From: a virus
Virus record (IMG/VR): IMGVR_UViG_3300042484_001840
Coordinates: 32,001-96,000 of that record
Strand: one strand, 5' to 3'
Length of the DNA stretch: 64,000 nucleotides
Shown here: positions 56,435 through 63,435 of the stretch, piece after piece
Position numbering within the stretch: position 1 is the stretch's first letter
How the letters are laid out: each line of letters opens with the position of its first letter
Program-made: the position numbers and the translations under genes
Notes under the pieces: model-generated
What the model saw: only the letters and a program-made list of their open reading frames with translations
Told to the model about the DNA's origin: nothing
Database searches by the model: none

Positions 56435-56788
56435 TCACAATTGGATAAACCTACCCAATTTGAATATCTGCTGGATAAGTGCGCCCCATGAGCAGTAGTA
56501 GTGCATGACTACCAATTTCTTGCTCGCTGGGTAATACTTGCCCGTACCCCAAGTATCTGTCTTAGTGGGGTTCTCGCCTTGATTAACAGCATACGGTTGA
56601 TTGAGTGCCACTCCGCAACAGGAACAGGGTAGTGAACCAAATTCGCCATCAAGGGCTAAGTGGATCATCTGCATGTTGCGCTTACGCTTCATGCCTTGGC
56701 GGAGTGCTTCAAGCGTGTCTGCTTCGGCGTATGCCTTAGCACCGTGTTCCCACGGTTTACGGTAAGCGGGTTTAGTAATGGTAGTCAT
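56435..56788 (-). CDS. Hypothetical Zn-binding protein
   Basis: Start 56788 after a cassette; CSCCG...HYYC. Confidence 0.65.
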   Translation of the reverse strand: MTTITKPAYRKPWEHGAKAYAEADTLEALRQGMKRKRNMQMIHLALDGEFGSLPCSCCGVALNQPYAVNQGENPTKTDTWGTGKYYPASKKLVVMHYYCSWGALIQQIFKLGRFIQL

Positions 56789-57187
56789 TAGTAGTCCTCT
56801 CAGTAGTTGTAAATATAAGTATACAGGAGAAGTGTAACAATTACAACATTGCATAGTATGACAATTGTCACTATCGGTATTGCGCCTAATTACTTATGAG
56901 TATATTATACACGATAGGTGAATGAATGTCAAGTATTTACACAAAATAATTTATTATATTTAGTTTTATAAATAATATCTATAATATATAAATGTCTTCC
57001 GCCACCGTCAATAGTAGAAGCGCTTAGCCCCGTTCATTTTTTGGCAAATTTATATCATTTCTACCAATTTCATATCAGTTCGGGTGCGGGGCTGTCAGCC
57101 TTCTGAAATACTTTGTAATACAAGGTGATACAGGGAATTACTGCGTGCGGGGCTAATAGTTTTCTTTCCCGCCAATCAAGTCGCCCC

Positions 57188-57292
57188 TCATTCCATCAAA
57201 TCTTTAAAATCATCCCAAAACAGAGCGACAATAATTCCCGCAACCATTCCAAGCGCCCCAAGTCCAATCAAAAAGTCGTTTAGCAATTCCAT
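57188..57292 (-). CDS. 34-aa single-TM microprotein
   Basis: MELLNDFLIGLGALGMVAGIIVALFWDDFKDLME after a cassette. Confidence 0.65.
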   Translation of the reverse strand: MELLNDFLIGLGALGMVAGIIVALFWDDFKDLME

Positions 57293-57374
57293 AATTTCTC
57301 CTTTGTAGTAGTTGGTTACATAGACAATTATACAGGAGGGGTGTGGCAGAGTTTCCCCTGCCACCCCCAAGCGA

Positions 57375-57554
57375 TCAGTAGACCGCTCGCTCTCGGCGTT
57401 CCCACTCAATCGCATTGGCGACTGCCTTGGCAATCCCCTTGGCGGTTTGGCTATGAGTACGACTGGCTCGTTCACCAATTCGCAACCCTCGCTCTAACCC
57501 GTACTGGCGGATTAGGTTTTCGTGGATCTCATCCCATAAGAATTTGGTATTCAT
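57375..57554 (-). CDS. Small protein, paralog of 55359-55541
   Basis: MNTKFLWDEIHENLIRQYGLERGLR...AVANAIEW. Confidence 0.7.
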   Translation of the reverse strand: MNTKFLWDEIHENLIRQYGLERGLRIGERASRTHSQTAKGIAKAVANAIEWERRERAVY

Positions 57555-57642
57555 ATTTTCTCCCTTAGTAGTGGTGACTTCCTTACATATATAAGTATAC
57601 ACAAGGGGTGTGGCAGAGTTCCCTCCGCCACGCCCCCAGCGA

Positions 57643-58008
57643 TCAGTAATCCTCATCCTCATCGTCCTCGTCCTCTTGGCTGAGAAACTCCTCATCGTCC
57701 ATCCATTCGCCCTGCCCGATGAGACTCACGAAACCTGCGTTGGGGTTCTCGTGGTTGGTTGTGACTGCGTTGATGAACTTCAGACCACACGACTCGTCCC
57801 ACCAAACTTTGAGCGTGGTGAGCATTTCCTCAGAAGTGCCCTCAAAAGTGCGGTCATCGCAGTGAACGCCGTTATAGTTCTCACGGAACCAGCCCGCCTG
57901 CTCCTCGTCCATTGCGAGGTAGATTTTGTGGCAACCGTCCCAAGCGATAAGGAGAGCGCCCTCAAGAGCGTCCTCAACTGGGTCAAATAAATTGTCTAAG
58001 GTTTTCAT
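57643..58008 (-). CDS. Acidic conserved phage protein
   Basis: IAWDGCHKIYLAMD...WWDESCGLKFI; own cassette. Confidence 0.7.
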   Translation of the reverse strand: MKTLDNLFDPVEDALEGALLIAWDGCHKIYLAMDEEQAGWFRENYNGVHCDDRTFEGTSEEMLTTLKVWWDESCGLKFINAVTTNHENPNAGFVSLIGQGEWMDDEEFLSQEDEDDEDEDY

Positions 58009-58098
58009 AGTTTGTCCCTTTCAGTAGTTGTTGCTTACTTAGTAATTATACACAAGGGGTGTGGCAGAGTTTCCTCCGCCACCCCCTGACGCTTGAGA

Positions 58099-58314
58099 TC
58101 AGATCTCAGCCTCCCACATACGGCAGATCTCCTTGGTGATATGGAGACCCTGAACAAGTGCCAAGCCAATGGCTCGCTTTAGTTCGTTGGGCGTTGCCAA
58201 GGGGAGGTAGTTGTCAATGTCCTCCCAAGCCTTGAGACCAGCAAGGATTTCCTCGTAGGTCTTGCTGGCATAAGCCTTGTCATTACTAGTTGGGAACTTG
58301 GTTTCGGTAGTCAT
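58099..58314 (-). CDS. Hypothetical protein
   Basis: Own cassette. Confidence 0.65.
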   Translation of the reverse strand: MTTETKFPTSNDKAYASKTYEEILAGLKAWEDIDNYLPLATPNELKRAIGLALVQGLHITKEICRMWEAEI

Positions 58315-58549
58315 AATTTGTCCTCTCGGTAGTGGTTTTCCTTACCTAGTAAGTATACACCTTGGGTGTAGCACTTACACCATTATTCGTGTTACAGAAT
58401 GGTTACAGATTTATGACGGAAATGTAATGGAGAGCCAAAATGCCGATATGGGCAATGTGTCACCATTACACGCTAGAACGCCCCCTAAGCGCCTGACCCC
58501 CCTCTCCGCCCCTAGCACCCAATCCTGAGCCTGAAACGGCTGAGAGACG

Positions 58550-59147
58550 ATTTCCACAGATTTATACACAGCCTCTGAGCAGGGGAAATGTGGCAAAACC
58601 CCAGCGTGAGGGCACTTTTTGCATAACCCCTGCTAGTGGGCTTACACACGGTGGTTATCCACAGAAGTGACCACTTACCACCAGATTTCACCAGTAGTTA
58701 TCCACAGGGGTGTGTATAAAGTTGGGGATAAGGTTATCCACAGGATATCCACAGGGTGTGGATAAAGTAGTTGTACTGTGCAAGTAAGTTATCCACAGGG
58801 GGTGTGGATAAAGGTGTGGATAAAGTTTTCCACAGGGTGTGGATAAACCTGTGGAAAAGATAGTTGTAGTCTACAAGTAAGTTTTCCACAGGATGGGGAT
58901 AAAGTTGTGGATAAAGTTATCAACAGGGCTGTGGATAAAGTTGTGGATAACTTTTTGCTCTGTAAAAAATTCTCTTCCGCCACCGTCAAAGTTTTAGAAA
59001 CGAGGGGGCGGGGCTAGTCCCCTACTAACAAGAATTGAAAAATCTGAACTTATAAAAAAAAGCATTAGCCCCGTTTGTTTTTTCAAGAAGCATTAGCCCC
59101 GTTTGTTTTTTGAGTTTTCCACAGGTTTTTCCACAGGCTGTGGATAA
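58550..59147. repeat. Large DnaA-box array (oriC-like or DnaA-titration locus)
   Basis: 16 perfect TT(A/T)TNCACA boxes plus 5 one-mismatch boxes in 58550-58950, and 3 more at 59115-59147; 11-14 bp spacing within blocks. Confidence 0.85.
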
Positions 59148-59179
59148 GGGGGTAGGGTTTGACCCCCACCCCCACTCAA

Positions 59180-59377
59180 TCACCAAGGGCACTCGTTGTG
59201 TCCTTTTCTCATTATCCATCGCGATTTCATTTCGCTGACGAATCGGTAGGCAACTTTGTGCGGACTCCATAAGTAAGCGAGTCGCCTGATGCCTGTCATG
59301 TCCTCAGCCTCGTCCAATTCGCAATTGGCGGGCATGTAAAGCGAACCGCTCCACTCTAGTCCTTTGAGCCATTTCAT
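59180..59377 (-). CDS. Hypothetical protein
   Basis: Start 59377 after a cassette. Confidence 0.65.
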   Translation of the reverse strand: MKWLKGLEWSGSLYMPANCELDEAEDMTGIRRLAYLWSPHKVAYRFVSEMKSRWIMRKGHNECPW

Positions 59378-59555
59378 ATTTTCTCCTTCTAGTAGTTCCT
59401 TACATATACAAGTATAGCAGACTTGTGTAACCATTACAACATTTATCAACAAATATCTTTGTGACAAAAGACACGCCGTACAATGGTGTAAACTCTACAC
59501 CCTCATGCTATACTTATGGAGTACGGAAAACCTACTACTAAACAAGGGAGACAGT

Positions 59556-59834
59556 ATGAAGTTCATGACCGAAACGCTAGTGACAGACACGCTCTGCTAC
59601 GAAGTAATTGCCGAGACAGCCAAGACGCTGACAATCAGGTCAATGGCACGAGGCGAGCAGGTGTACACCGATGGCGCACCATTGCCAGTAATCGGACTCC
59701 GAGCGATTTCTGATCCGAACGGAGACACCAAAGTGGTGAGACTCCGTAAAGACGGAACTTACCGCAAGGCTCAGGGATACAACCCCCTGCGGTTCACCGA
59801 GACTCCGATCTTCTACACGGACTACAAGTACTGA
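59556..59834 (+). CDS. Hypothetical protein
   Basis: Start 59556 after a cassette; YEVIAETAKTLTIR. Confidence 0.7.
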   Translation: MKFMTETLVTDTLCYEVIAETAKTLTIRSMARGEQVYTDGAPLPVIGLRAISDPNGDTKVVRLRKDGTYRKAQGYNPLRFTETPIFYTDYKY

Positions 59835-60008
59835 GAGATGGGCGGGGGGCGAAAGCCCCCCCCCCCCCAGTTATCCACAGGGCTGTGGACAACTTTGCGC
59901 GGAAAATCCGTGCGGGGCTATGGGCTTCCCGACGCGCCCGCTAGCCCCGTTGCTTCAAAATCTGGAGACTCACGGTATGGGCAGAACCCCGCAGGGCTTA
60001 GCGCCCCC

Positions 60009-60296
60009 TCAATCGGGGACGCTTGCCCATGCTTCGGCTTCGGTACTGAACTCGCCAAACTCGGAGACGGTACGAACTTCGGTCAGGCTTACGGCTTGAC
60101 GGACAGTAAAGCGACGCTCGCCGTCCCAAGCGAAGCCGTTAGGGTCTTGCTCAGAAGTGACAAAGTAGCCATCGCCGTAGATATCTCCGTGAACCCTTGA
60201 CGCAAACCAGCGCATAGTGCTATCGGAGAAAAAGTGGTAGCCAGCGTCTTTACTAGCCTCCACGAACTCACTTAGTGTCATGGTTGAAATACTCAT
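60009..60296 (-). CDS. Conserved phage protein
   Basis: AGYHFFSDSTMRWFASRV...YFVTSE...RRFTVR...FGEFST; own cassette. Confidence 0.75.
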   Translation of the reverse strand: MSISTMTLSEFVEASKDAGYHFFSDSTMRWFASRVHGDIYGDGYFVTSEQDPNGFAWDGERRFTVRQAVSLTEVRTVSEFGEFSTEAEAWASVPD

Positions 60297-60373
60297 AGTT
60301 ATCTCCTTAGTAGTTGATGGATAAATTATACCGAGGGGGTGTGGCTCAGTTCCCCAAGCCACACCGAAGCCCC

Positions 60374-60541
60374 TCAGAACCGAGGTAGTTGGCTTAGGAC
60401 ATAATCCTCGGCACGGGTGATGTACTTAGCCGTAACAGCGCCTCGTGCTTTTCTATAAGCGAGGTCATAGATACGGTCAGCAACTTCAAAGCCATGCTTA
60501 CGGATAAGAGCCTCGTAAAGTTCATTTTCTGAGAATGTCAT
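60374..60541 (-). CDS. Small protein, distant paralog of 55359/57554 family
   Basis: NELYEALIRKHGFEVADRI...A.R. Confidence 0.6.
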   Translation of the reverse strand: MTFSENELYEALIRKHGFEVADRIYDLAYRKARGAVTAKYITRAEDYVLSQLPRF

Positions 60542-60636
60542 TATTTTCTCCTTAGTAGTGGTGACAGATATAAGTATACACCCGCCGAGTGTAGAAACTA
60601 CAACCATACGGTGTGTCTCTTGTCACACTACCTAAC

Positions 60637-60772
60637 CGAACAGGTGTTCGCACGGAGACACCGAACAAGTGTTCCCCGAACGGGTGTTCGTACCGAACAA
60701 GTGTTCGCTTGATAAAAATACGCACCGACGCATAAAAATACACCGAACAGGTGTTCTACGAACAGGTGTTCG
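60637..60772. promoter_or_regulatory. Array of six LexA (SOS) boxes
   Basis: CGAAC-N4-GTTC(G/C/T) at 60637, 60662, 60677, 60694, 60744, 60759; TTGACA follows at 60774. Confidence 0.8.
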
Positions 60773-60858
60773 CTTGACAAATGTAGCCACATTACGGAGG
60801 GAATGTGGACACAATAAAAGCACAGAACTAGAACCGATAGCCCCGCTAGACTAAAGAT

Positions 60859-62766
60859 ATGAATGGGCAACTAATACTAGGAACGGACACGCTTGTTGCC
60901 GTGTTCCCGTACGATAAGGCGCAAGTTGCGCGGATCAGAACCATACGCGGGGCTGTATGGGACAACGCATCTAAAACATGGCGGATACCCCTTACTCAAT
61001 TCTCCAAGGCAACAGAATTGGCGTTGGAACTCGGCTGGTGGATTAGCCCCGAAGTAGCAATGCTGAACATACCCAGTGAACCCGTGGACATGATGACGGT
61101 GAACAGCAAAACCGTGAGGCTTTCGTTCTCGTTTGACCCAGTAAAAGTGCGTGCGGTTAAGCGGATACCAGGCATAACTTGGGACAAAAAGACGGCATCG
61201 TGGGAAGCCCCGCTCTCGTCACTATCGGAATGTGCTGACTGGGCGAAGCAGTTTGACATGGAAGTAAGCGAAGATACGCAGACGCAAATATCAGAAATAA
61301 CCGAAACCAGGTCAAAACTGATTGAGCAGTCAAGGCAAACCGATGCTGACCTTGAAGTGGCGGGACTACCACTGCTTCCGTACCAAAGAGCGGGCGTGAA
61401 GTACGCTGCTGAGGCACGCAGATGCTTCATTGCTGACGACATGGGACTTGGTAAAACACTCCAAGCAATCGCAACTCTTGAGTATGTTATGGATAGTTAC
61501 CCCGCAGTTGTTGTCTGCCCACCCACGCTGGTACTGAACTGGAAGAACGAGTACAACAAGTGGCTACCAGGTAGAAATGTTGTCACGGTGAAGAACCGAA
61601 GCGAATTCCCAGACGGGGCTTATGATGTTGTCGTTGTTGGTTACTCAAACATCAACGCATGGGCGAACAAACTCCAAAAGCACCGAAGTTATGTGTTTGA
61701 CGAGTCGCATTACTGCAAAAGTGCTGATGCGCAGCGCACGAAGGCTGCCATCAAGATGGCGAAGTCGGCACCGAAAGAAGGAATTGTTCTTTGTTTGACT
61801 GGTACGCCCGTAACCAACCGCCCCGCTGAATACGCCCCGCAGTTGGACATGCTTGGAAAACTTTCTGATTTTGGTGGCAAATGGGGCTTTTACCGACGAT
61901 ATTGCGCGGCTTTCCGAGACAGATTTGGGCAATGGAACATCTCAGGCAACTCCAACTTGGAAGAACTCAACGACAGACTCCGAGGAAACTGTTATATCCG
62001 AAGAACTAAGGACCAGGTACTGGAAGAACTCCCACCCGTGCGTCACAACACGATCCTGATTGAAGGAACTGATGCGGGGCTGAAGGAGTATCGCAAGGCG
62101 GAAAACGACATCGTAAAATATCTAATGGAGCGTGCACGGCAAATCGCTGAAGAACTTGGTGAATCACCGAACTCCGCTGCTGTGCGAGCAAAAATGAGGG
62201 CAGAACGGAACGAACATTTGATTCGCATCGGCGTTCTTCGGAAGTTAGCCGCTAAAGCGAAGATGCCCGCTGTTATTGAATGGGTTGATGGGCGCATTGA
62301 AGCGGGGCAAAAGGTGGTTATCGCCGCTCACCACCGTGAAATCGTTGATGAACTTGCTCAGAAGTATGGGAACATAAAGATTCAGGGAGGCATGGATGTC
62401 AATGATGTGGAAGCAAACAAGAAGATGTTTCAAGAGAAAAGTGTCACAGAAAGCCCCGTTATCGTTCTTTCCATCCAAGCAGCGAAAACAGGTCACACGC
62501 TGACCGCTTCTCAAGATGTTCTCTTCGTGGAACTTCCATGGACACCGAGCGATGTGGATCAAACTTACTCAAGATGCCACCGACTGGGACAAAAGGGCAG
62601 TGTAACAGCAACTTATCTGCTTTGTCAAGGAACTGTTGATGAAAAAATCTACGATGTCATTGAGCAGAAGCGTGGAGTTGTGAACGCTGCGACTGAAGGA
62701 ACCGAAGTGAGCGGGGCTGGTGGAGAATTGTTTGACCATTACCTCCAACTGTCAATGAAATACTGA
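60859..62766 (+). CDS. SNF2-family helicase with two N-terminal HARP-like domains (SMARCAL1-like)
   Basis: Two repeats F.YD...V..I..I.G..WD...KTW..P; IADDMGLGKT, FDESH, LTGTP, QTYSRCHRLGQ. Confidence 0.9.
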   Translation: MNGQLILGTDTLVAVFPYDKAQVARIRTIRGAVWDNASKTWRIPLTQFSKATELALELGWWISPEVAMLNIPSEPVDMMTVNSKTVRLSFSFDPVKVRAVKRIPGITWDKKTASWEAPLSSLSECADWAKQFDMEVSEDTQTQISEITETRSKLIEQSRQTDADLEVAGLPLLPYQRAGVKYAAEARRCFIADDMGLGKTLQAIATLEYVMDSYPAVVVCPPTLVLNWKNEYNKWLPGRNVVTVKNRSEFPDGAYDVVVVGYSNINAWANKLQKHRSYVFDESHYCKSADAQRTKAAIKMAKSAPKEGIVLCLTGTPVTNRPAEYAPQLDMLGKLSDFGGKWGFYRRYCAAFRDRFGQWNISGNSNLEELNDRLRGNCYIRRTKDQVLEELPPVRHNTILIEGTDAGLKEYRKAENDIVKYLMERARQIAEELGESPNSAAVRAKMRAERNEHLIRIGVLRKLAAKAKMPAVIEWVDGRIEAGQKVVIAAHHREIVDELAQKYGNIKIQGGMDVNDVEANKKMFQEKSVTESPVIVLSIQAAKTGHTLTASQDVLFVELPWTPSDVDQTYSRCHRLGQKGSVTATYLLCQGTVDEKIYDVIEQKRGVVNAATEGTEVSGAGGELFDHYLQLSMKY

Positions 62767-62874
62767 AATCACCCCACCCGTAGTATTCATTTGATAAACT
62801 ATAGGGGCACAGAAAAACTACTACTTGCTATCGGCGTATGCGCCTGACCTTATCCACCGAACAACGGAGCAAAA

Positions 62875-63426
62875 TTGAAACCATCAACTGTAGCGAAGCA
62901 TTATCTAATACCAATTTCTATCATCGCAAGTGCCATCATATTCATCTCAAGTACATTTGGAAGTAATCCAAGTAATCAAACATCGGTCTCTATAACCCCA
63001 ACAGAAACACCAACAACTACTAGCGTTTTGACAACCGAAGCCCCGTCAACTACTACGACAACGCTTCTTCCCCCGAACTGGACTCCACCGACATTGCCGT
63101 CTGATGTTCCATGTCAAGAGTGGACTCAAACAGCACTTGATGCTGGCTGGCATTGGGCGCTCCTACCCGACCTGCTCCGTATTGTATGGCGTGAATCTCG
63201 CTGTCAGAATGTGATTGAAGGTCACCCTCAATGGAATGGACATGACCGAGGACCGCTTCAGATCAATCAGGTGTGGCTTGACGAGATTGAGGCGAAGTAT
63301 GGCACTTGGGAAGTGGTTGACGATCCCCACTACAACTTTGCTTGGGCGTGGGAAATGTACATCTGGTTTGAGGCTAATCGTGGGTGTGGATTTGACCCGT
63401 GGTACAAAACACATTCGTGTAAGTGA
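62875..63426 (+). CDS. Secreted lytic transglycosylase (SLT)-like protein
   Basis: Signal/TM, Thr-rich linker, IVWRESRC...DRGPLQINQVW...N...A...PW. Confidence 0.75.
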   Translation: MKPSTVAKHYLIPISIIASAIIFISSTFGSNPSNQTSVSITPTETPTTTSVLTTEAPSTTTTTLLPPNWTPPTLPSDVPCQEWTQTALDAGWHWALLPDLLRIVWRESRCQNVIEGHPQWNGHDRGPLQINQVWLDEIEAKYGTWEVVDDPHYNFAWAWEMYIWFEANRGCGFDPWYKTHSCK

Positions 63427-63435
63427 GGAGCAAAA

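Larger units (their letters stand above)
42854..60605. repeat. Dispersed repeat family: about 30 promoter/leader cassettes, one per small gene or short operon
   Basis: Consensus in gene sense TTGTAA-N3-4-TACAC-N8-TATA(C/A)T...ACTACTAC-GAAAGGA-N6-8-ATG with a 17-bp spacer. Examples: 49881-49950 (+), 52571-52633 (+), 55745-55811 (+, TTGACA-17-TATAAT), 43631-43694 (-), 44844-44910 (-), 55183-55248 (-). Confidence 0.9.

Noticed and set aside
56935-56995. Very AT-rich tract as the unwinding element of the DnaA array
   Set aside because: It lies about 1.6 kb from the array with genes in between; more likely a promoter-upstream element, so not assigned.
58550-58950. ORFs 58411-58596 and 58789-58989, and a CRISPR or iteron reading of the repeats
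   Set aside because: The ORFs are translations of the DnaA-box repeat (LSTT/IHT) without an RBS; the units are 9-mers in both orientations, not direct repeats with spacers.
59856-59868. C13 homopolymer as a phase-variation tract
   Set aside because: It is intergenic and forms the 3' arm of a GGGGGGC-GAAA-GCCCCCC hairpin; length may be a sequencing artefact.
42854-60605. Integron cassette array (attC sites)
   Set aside because: No integron integrase in the window; repeats carry promoters and lie upstream of genes in both orientations; no consistent RYYYAAC...GTTRRRY structure seen.
60637-60772. Short repeats that could be a mini-CRISPR array
   Set aside because: Units are 14-bp palindromes with irregular 1-36 bp gaps, match the LexA consensus, and no cas genes are present.
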